Shown here in pieces: positions 36,670-64,000 of a DNA stretch of 64,000 nucleotides. Positions within the stretch are counted from its first letter, which is position 1, and each line of letters starts with the position of its first letter. The position numbers were made by a program, and so were the translations under genes. Location: NCBI GenBank assembly GCA_030141605.1, contig JAQGDQ010002378.1:1-64000 (forward strand), in the 5' to 3' direction. The notes under the pieces are model-generated. The model was not told the origin of the DNA. It ran no database searches and saw only the letters and a list, made by a program, of their open reading frames with translations. The stretch is from Tubiluchus corallicola. Lineage: Eukaryota; Animalia; Priapulida.

Positions 36670-37650
36670 GGTCTTCAAAGTCTCTTCCATCTGTTGTAGA
36701 CATTGAGGCATTACCATTCATTAGAGCATTCCATCTACTCCTATCTGCAGCTAGTGCGGTAAGTTCTTCTACTCCTAAAGATAAATGGGTTAAAGTTATT
36801 GAACATCTTTATTTATCTTACTTAGCTGTCCACGTTGTTTTTCATTTGACATATGGTTTTTTGCAAGGTTCTTTAAGGATTCCTTTAAGGCAATTCTTAC
36901 TTATGCTTTACTTGGTAATTAGAGAACATATGCTAGCCATCTTGATGTTCGGAGCTCGACTTTTGGACTAAAGTCGTTTGAACCAAGGAATATTAAAATA
37001 TGTTCGTCGTCGTTTCTGTGCTGCTATGTTCTAAAAATAACACGGCCCATCTCACTTGTTGATGCCACGCATTATGCACTGCTGCCACCAAACCAAAGCA
37101 ATCTTCTTACTTGTATTTGTTTACTCCAAGGATTCTTCTTCACCACATTATACTGATCATCAAACGCTATCGATAAATTTAAAATGAATATGAGAAGGGA
37201 CCTTAACGAGTTGAACTCTAGGTCCTGATGTCATTGTAAAAAAGACTGTAAAGCAGATATTCAGTCAGGCCATTTAATTGCGAGTAATTTCTATAGAGAT
37301 GTCTTTGAAAAGTGCCAATTTCCTTCTGTTACTTAAATTTTATTGCCCATAGGTCAACACTGTACAAAAACACAGATTCAACTAAGATGAAAGGATCTGG
37401 GCTTTGGTTTCAAGAGACAGTCTATTGTTTTCAAAAACCGTTGACATCTGTATAATCAGACAATGTAAGAAATTTCCTTCTTTGTATGTCAGCTTCGGTG
37501 TCTAACAAGCCACCAAAGTATTTACATCATTTCCATGAATAATTACCTCCTCTTCGAATATGGTATTCTTCAGTCTTTCTATTGCTGACTTTAAGATTAT
37601 ATTTTTCTAAACGGCAGCTGATCGTACATTCTGCATCTTGTAATTCCTCT
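36670..37650 (-). mobile_element. Old degenerate RTE-clade LINE 3' region
   Basis: Stop-interrupted translation matches the neighbouring RTE (RLEKYNLKV..KTEEYHI..CKY..LLDTEADIQRRK; EELTALAADRSRWNAL). Confidence 0.6.
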
Positions 37651-37653
37651 ATG

Positions 37654-39749
37654 TCATCATCATCATCATGATCCAATGAATCACACATCCAGTGACATGA
37701 TTCTGTTCACCTCCCTATGCCAGGACTCCCTGCTCGCCGCAATGCCCCAAGTAGATTTATTTCTAAGGATCAATGCTAAAGTGTTTAAATCTTTTTGTGC
37801 AAAATCTAAATATGTTAACATTTGTCCTCCTGCAGGTTTTTTAGCTGGTTCTATGGCTTGTTGAAGAGCTATCTTCACTGGAGTATCATCAGGTAGTCTA
37901 AGCATATGCCCAATCCATCTTAAACGGCGTCTTTTTATTTTTCTTGTCCAAGGTTCTTCTTTTATTGTTTCATATAGATCTTTGTTTGAAATTTTCTTTG
38001 GCCATCTAATACCCAACATGTTTTTGTAATTTCGCCTTTGAAACGCATCGATTTCAGCTTTATGATTTGCTTTTAATGTCCAGAGCTCAGAGTTATATAG
38101 AAATACAGTTTCAACTAAGGCTGAGAATATTCTAATTTTTGTTTCCAAAGAAATTTTTTTAAGTTTTGAGTAAACTGATAATGCCATTATCTTCCGTCTT
38201 GATATGTCGTCTTCTGTTGTCAGCAGACTACCGAGATACTTGCATCTTTGCCATGATTCATCACCATGGCGTGTTATGTGAAACTCTTCAGTTTTATTTT
38301 TGTTTACAATGAGATCCATTCTGTTCAGTTTCTCCTCTATTGAGTTTTTTATTTCATCTACGTCTTCTTTGTTTCTTGTAATCCATGCCACATCATCAGC
38401 ATACTGCATAGATATAGTAGTTGACTTACTTTGTAGAGAACTGTAACTGCATTCTTGTCTTACTTCATTCGGTATTAATTCAGGATCAAGAATTGTGTAG
38501 TTGTGATCTTCTAGGTCTTTCAATGGTATAACTTTGTCCTCAGTGAGAGCTATGGCAAGATATAAAGTGAAAAGTACAGGGCTTAGGCAGTCACCCTGAG
38601 GTACTCCTTTGTCTGTAGAAAACGGCTGACTCAATTTCCCTTCACACCTGACTTGAATTAATAAATTTTCTAACATTATACTTATGATGTATATTTCATC
38701 AGGTTCAAGGATTTCTTCCAGGCAGCATAGCAGAGTTTTTCTCCGCACACAATCAAAGGCCTTTGACATATCGATCATGAATATGTATTGAGTAATCAGC
38801 AGAAGAGATGGCTTTTCCGGCTAGTAATTTACAGGCTTGTACTAATTCAGTAGTATTCCGTCCTGGTTGATATGCTGCTTGGCTTGTTGGAATGTAAGTG
38901 TGTAACCTGTCATAGATCCTAGTCAACATACAGTGGCGACCAAACTATATAAATCAATCGTTCGTCCTATTCTGGATTATGGTGATGTGATTTGGAGCCC
39001 AAATCGTCAAGACATGATAAGAAAAATTGAAAGTATACAACGTCGAGCTACTAGACTTGTACCTGCCATTTCTCATTTACCGTATGTTGCAAGACTTAAG
39101 ATTCTCGGCCTTACAACTCTGAAATACAGACGCAAAAGACAAGATTTAATCCAAACATTCCGTATTCTTAAAGGCATAGAAACCATCAACAGTGAAATAT
39201 TTTTTCACCGACAGACATATCATGGTACCAGAGGTCACTCCTACAAAATCAAGAAGAGAACAGTTCCCAAAAGGTGGAACAGAAGAAGATTCACATTCGC
39301 AAGGCGAGTAATTAATGAGTGGAACAAGCTGCCTGACCATGTAATACAAGCACCCAATCCTGCCCAGTTTAAGTCTCGTCTCCATAGATTTTGGAAAAAC
39401 AATGCTGAAAAATATATAGACCCCAGGTTGCCACAATGGCAACAAGAAACCCTATGCTTCGCTTCGTGATCGTAGTGTCGCCACCCATTATGTATTCTTA
39501 ATATTGACAAAGTAAACAAGGAAGAGTGGAGAGGTTTATAAGCTATGTATGCTTAACCTCTATCCTTCGACGGTAACGGTACAGATCTTCCTTAGTATAG
39601 TAGTGTAAGCAACATCAATGGTCTAAGATTTTATATAGGACCTCGTTTCTTACCTGGCTTGGGTAAAGGGATAAGTATTCCTTTATGAATATCCTGCGGA
39701 AATGTGCCTGTTTTTAAAATATTGTTTAGAATTTCAGCAATTTCTGCAC
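37654..39749 (-). mobile_element. 5'-truncated RTE-clade LINE (RT domain), interrupted by a CR1 insertion
   Basis: ORF 37681-38778 has DMSKAFD, GVPQGDCLSPVLF, QYADD and LRWIGHMLR. Upstream pieces are IPTSQAAYQPGR and LIPLPKPGK..NLRPL (39585-39749). There is a (TGA)n 3' tail at ~37654-37669. Confidence 0.92.
38934..39579 (+). mobile_element. 5'-truncated CR1-clade LINE 3' end nested in the RTE element
   Basis: ORF 38933-39469 has LYKSIVRPILDYG..WSP..IESIQRRATR..TRGH..RVINEWNKLP. A 3'UTR stem-loop (agaggtt..aacctct), an (ACGGTA)n tail and TACAG duplicated at 38929-38933 / 39580-39584 are present. Confidence 0.92.
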
Positions 39750-42700
39750 GTCACGTCGCGATTCCCCAATAAGCATTACGGGATATCTTCAACAGGAAAG
39801 CCAATCACTTGGTAACACATTGACGGAATATTTACGACGAGTCTCACGTTGGACACTTAGGGCTAGGCTTGGTTAATGGTTATGCTCATTTGCGAATAAT
39901 TTTTAATTGAGTATTAACATTGTTAATTATTTTTAACGGTAAATTGCTGTAGTGATCAACTATTAATTTTACTAAGACTTACATATAATTATTTGCATGG
40001 AAGGTGAACATTTCTTTTATTTCATCGATTAGCACCTAAAAGATTTGCAGCAACTTGCACATAAATAGAAATTTAATGAAAAAAAATTAGAGTAGCATAA
40101 TACGAAAAAAATTTACAATACCTATACATTACGCACATAAACAGACACATAAAATGAGAGTAAATAAAGTAGAATGTTAACAAATTGCCACTTTTTCTGT
40201 AAAAAAAACAAATTGCATGGCCGCTTAACAAAAATCAAAACTACCTGTCAAATGAAAAACAATGTGGACAGCTAAGTAAGATAAATTACTCAAAATGACA
40301 CCGTACATTTAACAACCAAAAAGAAGGCAATGATTAAGGAACGTGTATGAAAGAAACAATGAAAGTGCATTTGATAAGTCACATCAGATTACAAGATTAG
40401 TGCATTTGATCAACACCAGCAACAAGAATTATTAGTGAATTTTTTCTCGTATTTTGATTATTAGACAATGAGCAGCATCAAATGCACTCAGCATGATACT
40501 GTATGAGTTCACTTTTTCATTTCACTACATTGTGAAACTCTGACAACTGATATCTATTTGTTATACATAATACAAAGCTGCAATTCACTGTAAATACTAA
40601 AGCATTAATTTTAACACGAGGTCCCCATGTGTCACTGTTCTTACTGTGGAGAGTGATCTTAAAAGGTTGTGTACATGAGTTTGACTTGACACGAGAAACA
40701 AAACAGATTCTAGCATATTATTGGCTGCATATTGTTTGCAAATTAAAGTTTTTATTAAGCAAAATACGAGTAGATTTATAATTTAATATTGTTAAACTGA
40801 GCAATTAGGTATGCAGTAATATAACTTTTGATCACTGACTTCCAGAAATGTTAGTGTGTGTGGCAATAAGCTATTATGATAAAAATATGTTGCTTCATGA
40901 TATCTATCATATACAACATTAGAATTGTACTGTAAAATACCCCCTTGCTCTTGCCAGGAATTTTAAACATATAAGGCATTGCATTTTCTGTTTTGAGTTC
41001 ATTTATTGTAACACAGAAATATAGTTAAAGTTTAAATAAACAAGAATAAAACAACAGCATGCACTAAACGTTTTATACAGTGTAATTGTTATTATCAGTA
41101 TCAACACAGCAAACACATAAAATTACAATTTACTGACATCATTTTAAAGTTGTGTGTTTTAGATTTAGACAAAGAAGAGATTTTAAGTTAAGTAGGAGAA
41201 AAATCTTAACATTTTAAAAAGACAACCATGTGTACTTCAGCTTTTTTATATTAACTCTACAATTTCACAGACTAATTCAGCATATGGCTCAACACCCATT
41301 GATATTCAGCAAATCATAGTTGTACAGGCACCTAGTCAAGCTGACATGCAAAAATGATTGCAAAGTAATCTGGAAGAGCTTCATAAAACTAAACATGGAA
41401 CAGATATTACTTAAGTAACTTTAGCTACTACTCTTTACTCCAGATTTGCCAAATAAAAACTAATCTTATATTGTTTTGGAATATAGGATTAAACTATCTG
41501 GAATAAACTATCTCAAATCTAGGCAGCTGAGGTTATCAGGCTTTTGATAATGAGAGATTTTTGCGATTAATTAACCACATTACTTATTTAATTAAAAGAA
41601 CAGTATAAGAAAGTGTCAAAATGGAAAGATAAACACTATGAAGCACTTATAATAACTGCGGTAAAATTCACACAAGAATAGCATCTACGAATTTTGAAGA
41701 GTACTTTAGTTCTATCAACATTCAAATTGCAAAAAATAAGCAAAAAATCTTGTATTTATTACACTGCGGATAGCCAGAACACATGACGTCTTTTGAAATG
41801 TAAAGTTTACGTAAAACGAAAAAAAATCACACAAATGGGATACTAACCAAACTCAGACATGAACCAACTATATACAAAATTTGATAGTAAAGATTAATTT
41901 TGACTGGGCAAGTTTGACAGCTTCACTAATTGATGTGTAAATTAATAAACTGTACAATTCCCACTTACATGTGGGAACTTTATATGTAACAACGAACTTT
42001 AGTATAAAAGTAAACAGGTAACCACAACGAAATGCAGATTAAAGGCAAGTAATGATAAATCAACAAATTTTACAATGTGTGAATAAACGGAACAAGTTTG
42101 GCTAAAAATAAGCTAGTACACCAATTGTTTCTTTTTATCAAAATATTCAAAGTATATACACAGGCATGAAATTACTGCTTTCATCTGCGATTTAAAGATG
42201 AAGTCTGGCAATATATTGTGCACTTAAGAAGTTAGCAAGAAAAACACTATGTATGACACTACTACTAAATACTAGTATTTAAATATCAAATTCCAAATAA
42301 CAAGCTGCAATATCAATGACACAATAGCTTGAAAGCAGATGGAAAACATGTATAAAATTCAAATGCTGAACATTTAATTCACATATACACGTCACACCAA
42401 AAAATGCATAGGTTAAAAATTATGTAATAAACAAATTCTGTTGCCTTAGTTACTTCACTATACTCACAATGGAAGACAGAAACCTAAACGGTAACGGCAC
42501 TGTGAGTGTAGTGTGTGAGTGCAACGTTCGAGTGTACTCGCTAAATTCCTGCAACAAGCCTGCAAGACCTTCTCTTACAGAAGACATCATACACGACCAG
42601 AATATTTATAAAATTTATAACGAAAATCAGAATCGAAAACAAGTTCATCAAAAATTTGAGAAATAAATAGAAATGCAAACAAGAGAACAATCCATTTATA

Positions 42701-44169
42701 TTTATATATTAAACAAGTTCAGTTTATAGATCTCTGGCCTCTCAATACCAATAATATATTATTCCAAAAATGATAAAAAGATTTCCACACGAGGCACACA
42801 TACATTGCTAGTAGCAACGAGAAAGCCTGGCACGCATATTGTGCACAGTTTCGCCTTGCATTGTGGAAGTTTTAATATATTAATTATACATTATATATTA
42901 TATTCATAAATATAATTAGAAAATTTACAATGGTAATGGTAATTCGTACTTTCATAGAAATGTTCTTTAACACCATATTCAAGCAACTTACGAAATAACT
43001 TGCTACCCACCTTCGCAGACATATATATATTGTTCACTCAAGTCCGTGACAACTGACATTTTACACCAGTATCACAAAGAATCCTTTAATAAACTGAAAG
43101 GCTTTATTAACATGCATGCATTTGCAAGAAATATTAACAATATCATGGAAATATTCCTTGTATACTGTTTTAGTTTTCCATGAATAAGTTAATAAGTAAG
43201 TTAAATACCCAAGTGATGATAAAAAAACAGTCACACCCCTTCGACAAAATGAGACGCTCCATCTTGGCCAGTCGAAAGAAATGAAGTAGCTCATTTTGAA
43301 GGGAACGGGGAAGGTGACACATGCGAATAGGTGAAAAATTACAATAAGAATACTTATAATAATAACTAATGATGAAATAGCAAATGAAGTTCAGTGGCTG
43401 ATCATACAGTTTCCAGATCACAAAATCAACCAATCACATTCAATGTCACAGCTCAATTGTCTAATATTTTACAAGTGACCTACTCTTGTAATGTCTGTCA
43501 AAATTAACTGACTAAAGACAGTTGCTATTAACAACTATTAATCAGAAATGCTGATTCAGCCTACATTCTGAAAAGGCACTTCTGACTGGCCATTGGCCAG
43601 TGGGCCACCCAATACCAGCCACTCACAAACTGTGTTACAAAACAAGTGCGAAATAATGAGGTAGCTGCACGCAAATATAAATAAATAAACTAAAAATTAC
43701 TAGATGTTAACAAGTTATACATAAAATGCTTTAGTTTGATGATGTGAATCAAAAGCCTTGTGCATTCAGCATGACGGACATGAATAAATTCAACAAGTTA
43801 AAACTATAGTGTTGTGAACACTGTACAAATAGTGAAAACTCAAAAACAACAACTGACTAATAACGTAATAACGTAGCAAAACAATAGCTTTTCTGAGACA
43901 AAAAACAGATCATAGTAACACAGTACGTGATGGCAGATGTAGCTTCATCACTGCTCGACCATACTTGGTAATGTTTCACGAGTGAATGCCACATCTGTTT
44001 TGTTTATTTCATTAATATTGTGAATGTGCATGTGTTGTTAAGTGTGACCAGAATGACGTGAAACGGAACTCAGAAATGAAAGTTTCTGCAACAAATAAAA
44101 ATAAAACAGATATTAATTGTAAAATGCATTTTGAATTTATAAACTAGCAGATCAGAAACAGTAAATCAC

Positions 44170-44180
44170 AGAGAGTGAGT

Positions 44181-44211
<31 letters not shown>

Positions 44212-44275
44212 GAAGAGAGGGAGAGAGGAAGAGAGAGGGAGAAAAGGGAGAGAGGGAGGGAGGGAAAGAGGAGAA
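44170..44275. repeat. (GA)n / purine-rich simple repeat
   Basis: Direct observation. Confidence 0.9.
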
Positions 44276-44431
44276 AGTATAGTACTTTATAAGATTTATG
44301 TGTCATTGTACGTATTGGACTAAACACTCATTTCTTAAATTCAAAGAACTCAATTCAACTTAAGTAACTTCTTTGCCACCCTGGAGAAAAAAATTACGAC
44401 AAAAACAAAACAAAAAACAATGTACCTGATA

Positions 44432-58257
<13,826 letters not shown>

Positions 58258-60764
58258 CTGCAATACAGAAATGAAAATGTGTAAATAGCTAACTAAAGCA
58301 TCTGCTCTGAATACATAGTATCCAAATGGCAGGGTACATTTATGGAACTGCAAGTCATGGACATCCAAAGGTGGCCACTTTTGTATTTACTGGACTAACA
58401 TATACATATACACATACTTGACCAGAACTGATATGTATTTTCTGTATTTTTACAGTAAAATAAAAATTATATACATTAGAAAGCCTACACACTTTTTGAA
58501 GACAATCATTGGCAGAGAAAATAATCCTTTTGAAATCAGTCAAACGTTCAAGAAACAACAATTTTAAATAGTTTAGCCCTCTGCAAGCTGAGGTTTAAAA
58601 TTCAACACCTGACAATTGCGGCAGGACTAAAATTTAGTTTAATACAAAAAATAATCCTCCAGCTTAATAGCAAAGATACTCCAAGGTGAGATGTCTAATC
58701 AGAACAGGGGCTGGTATCAGGACTGGTTTCTTGGTGGATACACATCATAGCGATTATTTAGTTATATGCCTAGCTTATAAAAATAATAACAATAATAGTG
58801 ATACAGTTCAATGTTTACAATAATGATAATAACAAAATGAAAATGATGGTGGCAATGATTACATAATAAATACTTTGGAAACATTTTTAATGTATGCTTT
58901 CTTTAGCACCAGGGTATCTGCCTTCTCTCCGCTATTATTCCAAGATCTAGCAGCAACGCATTATATGCCAATTGCATAACTATGATTAACTTAATTATCC
59001 AACAAGGTATTAGCTTAACTGTATTGATTTCCAAGCCACTAGGGGAATTGCCTGAGTCAGCATTAGATATTAATGGATAGGCCACAGGTGTCAATAGAAT
59101 ACACTATAAATAGTTGAAAAAGCCCATAAGATCAACAGGAATATTGAAAACACTGTAGTTAACGTGCCTACATAACATAACTACATATAGGTTAATTCAA
59201 ATGATTTTTAAATTTTTATATAAACGAGTTTTTGAAACTTAACTGCAAATTCTTTATGTGTTGCAGCTGTCTTATATCTGTGTGTATTTCAATACTGCCT
59301 TTACACTTTACATTTATAGTAAATGTACATGTATATAAAAAAGTAATCTTGCTTTATTTGGCAAAAACACTAGCACTTGTCAAAGGCTAATTACATTATA
59401 ATTTTTCTGAAGACGTTGTATTATCCCAAACACGTTTTTTGCACAATTAAAACAGAATGGAGTGGCAAGACTGTACCAAAATTAACTAAATTTTTGTTTA
59501 TTTTGTGCACATAATAAATAAATTGACAACAATGCTGGCAGCACTGCACTTAACGCCGCAGCAATTTGTTGAAATACCAATAAAAATTGGTCAGCATCTT
59601 AATTTGTGAAAACTAAATACATCAACAAAACAAAACCAGAGACTTGGAACTTGTTTAATTTTCCTTAACGCCTTTATTTCAATATTATTTTAACGTTGAC
59701 GTCCTCGAACGTGGATTTTCTTCAAAGTTTTAGGAAACCATTTTCAATTCAAATAACAACTTAGATTTATTCCAAACTGCAACTTTTGTTTGGCCAGGAA
59801 TTCAGACACAGTTTAAAAATTACATTTTGGTAAATTCACAGTTCAAACATTTTGCTATAAACAAAGCCTGTAAGATAACGCAGATAACTATCTCGTACTA
59901 TCTTGTAAAAAACTTGTGCTACGAACCAAACAAGAAGCCACGGCATTAAGTTTTAACAACCCAGCACAGGTACAGATCAGACCTCGTTTTTTTGGTTACT
60001 GTTATCAGCTTTGTCTCGCATGCTATGGAGACTGGCAAATCAGCATCTCAGTGCTGAGGGTTCTATGTATTACTTACATTAGCAGCTATGACGTCACTGT
60101 GAATTAGACAAGGCTGGGCTTTGAAATAATAATGAGCTTACTGTGTGTATTGTGCTAAATATAGGCAATCGAATAATGATCACATTTTCATTACTGAGAA
60201 AAGCACGTGTCGCTAATTAATCCAACAGACATTAACAGCCCAATGGGATCTAATCACAAACAGCCGCTAAAATATCTACTCATAATCCGCAATTAATCCG
60301 AAAGGATTAGCTGCTCCATTTTTCCTGGCCATCAGCGCCTGCGATTGGTCGACATATCGATCAGCATTATTCCCGGGCAGCGATATCCATCAAGGATGCC
60401 AATATCGCTAACGTTGACTGACCTAGATCTGCGTGAGGGCAACAATTTTGCTTATTACTAGACTCACAAAGTACGCATGAATAAAAAACTGAAGAAACAA
60501 TGAAGTGAGGGAAAAGTAGGCAAAGCAAACTGAATGTGAAGCCAAAAAATTCTCCTTCCAGAGTAAACAATGGTCTACTCTAGCAGAAAGTAGTTTGCCT
60601 TTTCTGTTTTGTGGTCTTTCTGTTTTCCCTGGGTAAGTTTGGCAAAGCTAATAGTCAGCCAAGTTTGGACGAGATGGAGTGTACACAAATGCTGCACAGA
60701 CATGGATTACACTTGTAGGATAACTTTATATGATATAATCCAGAGAAAACACCTTAGGTAACAC

Positions 60765-60952
60765 TTAAATAATACTTATTTCCAAGGTGGTCCCAATCAA
60801 TAATAACCGCACGTAATTTCGATAAACCCGTGTGCTTGGCTGAAGAACCAGCGATACCATATTCTAAGTCTTTGGTATGACTCGATCGGAAGTTGAACCC
60901 GCGACCTCGCGAGTGAGAAGTGAGCACGATACCACTGAACTACGCCACCCGG
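60765..60952 (-). mobile_element. tRNA-derived SINE (Pol III A/B boxes plus conserved core)
   Basis: rc: GGTGGCGTAGTTCAGTGGT (A box)...GGTTCAACTTCC (B box), followed by GAGTCATACCAAAGACTTAGAATATGGTA; no proper acceptor stem. Confidence 0.7.
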
Positions 60953-62889
60953 TAATAATTAAGATTATTACTTTCAAGACCCCCTCAATCTCACGTGTTA
61001 ATCAAACAAAAAAGTTTAACACCTAGGCTGACAACGCTTGGACAACGTCTAACGACAGCCTGACACACATTTGACTTTTTTTTCACTAATATAAAAGGAA
61101 GAGAAAGATCAATCGTCAATGCATTGCTACAAATTTCTTTCTAGTCCAATTGCGACTTTAGTTGGCGCCGTGCAATAAACACGAGTTTCATAAAAACGCT
61201 AAACCAGGTGTCTCTCATTCTCAACTTTGTTAAATTCTATGACTTCGCGAAAGCCGCCCAACAAAATATACTCACATGTTAAAAGAATTTCAAAATATGT
61301 ACACCCTTCCCTTTCGTTCAGTGAACATTATCTTACACGAAACACTCAAACACTGCAATCGGTCTTTCTCTTTCTAATAATGTGTTTATTTTTTCGGGGC
61401 GACCTCGTAGTTGCACAAATCGATTTTTTCAGGAAATTGTTTGCAACATTTTTACAAAATTTGCTTGGATTCTATCCGGGAAAATACCCACTGCGAGAAA
61501 GTGTAGCCACCCAGGAAACAAAATTCTGTCTGTTAACACCTACGTTGAATTTTCTTTACAGTAATGTCTAGAACTCTAACAGTCCGGTTCTTTACATTTC
61601 CGTTCTATGACTTTTGCGGAAAAAAGGGAAAAATCACCGTTCGTTTGACGCGTAAATAGTTCGGTCGTTGTTGAGAACATCGCGCCTTACATGTAACTCC
61701 AAAATACACAAGTGCAAATATTTTATACCTGGAGAGTTAATACGTGTATACACAGTAGTTAGATTTCACAGTGCAAAATAAGATGGAGGGCCCAGACTCC
61801 CTATTTTTCGAGAAATTAGACAAGCATTCGTTTAAACAAAGCAACTGAAACAAGGGTTTTCAGTTTACAACAATCATCTACTATTTCAGGAACTGGCGGT
61901 GAGAGTATAAAATTTAGTTAAAGATTAAGTCTTACTGAACTATCTGCAGTACTTATTTTAATTGCTAACCAATGGTGTGCTCGTGCACTTTTGCAAGATT
62001 AAAGAAGTTAACGCTACAATCTTACTATCTCTTGCTCTGAATTTAATTAAGGCTACCTGTAAAAACCTAACTTAAAACAATCATGCGCTCTAGGTTGGAA
62101 ACTACATGATGAGAAATATAAACCATAACAGCGATTATTTAATGAAGTTATTTCAGAGGCATGCTACTGCAGCGGATGCCATTTATGCCTAATAAGTAAA
62201 GTCAATGACAGACTACGCCAAGGTAAACATGTAGAAACCTCTATTTCAAAAGTATTAAGTTTCCAGCAAATGTACATACTTGTACATGGCTTAGCTCAGT
62301 TAGTTGAGCCAATCCAGTTGGACACTAAAGCAGCTTATTGAAGCAAACTACCTAACATAACATGGTTTAATCTGTTCAGCAAACGAATGCTGTGTAGTAG
62401 TGTTGGAAGCCACAGGACCTTGGAACTTCACTGCATGGGGAATTCAGAAACAGAAAGGCCCTTCAAGGGCAACGGTTCGTCAGCTTCTACGACAACAGTT
62501 CTTAATGCTTTGTGGTCCCAATTTCCCATATGCAATTATGAATCATTCATCCTTCTACACAGGTCTTACAACATTCTGCATACTCGAATTCCCAAAGCAC
62601 ACTAGGCCTAATGTACTTCAACTAATTTACAGAAGTACGACAATTTGTCTTACCAAAGCTTAACAACTAAAGCTTAGATCCTGTGCATTTTTTCAAGCAA
62701 AATAGCCTTTAAAAATAGGAAAATTAAAAGCTTGAAAGACAGCAAGAAAATAATTCGACGTGCATACCGCATTGAAAAGCGAAACGCAAAATAACTTCTG
62801 ATAATCTGAAATACGTAGATTTGAAATGAGATAGAAAATTAAACAGGAGACAGAAAGAGCGACAGATATGCGGTTAGACACAGACACAG

Positions 62890-63396
<507 letters not shown>

Positions 63397-64000
63397 CTAT
63401 TTATTAGGAGTGGATAGACTGGATTGTAGTTTACAGCAAGTTTACAACCCTACTACAAATACACGGAATGGTTTTTTGATCACATAAGATTTACACGGCT
63501 AAAGAGAATGTGTTGCCGCGGAATTCCCCAACATCAATATCCAGGGCAATACAGGTGTAAGTTACAGGTGAGTTAATGCACTTCCACCCAGGTAATCAGA
63601 GCAGAGAAATCAGCAGGCGGTTGCTAGGTACGCCATTCAAAAAGATGTAAAATTAAGAGGAGGGTGTGCTAAGTGAGGTTTATTTTTCTAAGGAAAGGTT
63701 GCAAAGGTTTTTTTGTAAAAACACCTCACAACTACGTTTATCCATTGTAATGCCACAAACAGCAAGTAATAAAAGATCAGCAGTTATAGCTTTAATCATC
63801 AATTTTGATTAAATAAATGATAAGTGTTTATGCATCGCGCACAAATAACGAGCAAATATTTTTACAGAATAGTGCAATATGTCTGCAACATTACACTTAC
63901 AATATAGGCTCATTCCAGAGAACCTATAAAAACGTATTACAAAATTTTCTTGTGTGTATCTGGCCTATGGGGAAATTTGTCACAATATTGCATGCACGCA

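Noticed and set aside
60880-60952. tRNA gene
   Set aside because: A/B boxes are present, but there is no closed acceptor stem and it runs into a SINE-like body.
60290-61700. CpG-richer patches that might be further calcineurin or nested-gene exons
   Set aside because: No frame matches the expected preceding exon (..[24 protein letters not shown]..) or any protein I recognise; that exon must lie beyond 64000.

Overview
AT-rich eukaryotic (invertebrate animal, protostome-like) genomic window with two spliced gene systems, both on the minus strand. All splice models were built by hand from AG/GT sites and reading-frame continuity; no transcript data were available. (1) Positions 1-34.6 kb hold a head-to-tail array of three PBLD/PhzF-family genes with a 14.4-15.8 kb period. 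Copies 2 and 3 are complete 7-exon, 296-aa genes; copy 1 runs off the left edge. Copies 2 and 3 carry a Cys/Cys active-site pair (LCGH...EDPVCGS; copy 1 shows only the first Cys in this window), and copy 3 has lost the PhzF catalytic Glu (NLSET->NLPIT) while staying intact. (2) Positions 44.4-58.3 kb hold the 3' two-thirds of a calcineurin A (PPP3C) gene. Its most striking feature is an apparently duplicated, frame-enforced mutually exclusive calmodulin-binding exon (canonical [24 protein letters not shown] versus divergent ERKQIIRSKIRAIGRIARMYHVLR). Candidate 3-, 6- and 9-nt microexons and a 96-nt cassette lie in the same regulatory region. Introns and intergenic DNA contain RTE, CR1 and RTEX-like LINE fragments (some nested), a truncated THAP/P-element transposon, a solo LTR, hAT/Kolobok/Tc1-type MITEs, a tRNA-derived SINE and several tandem repeats.
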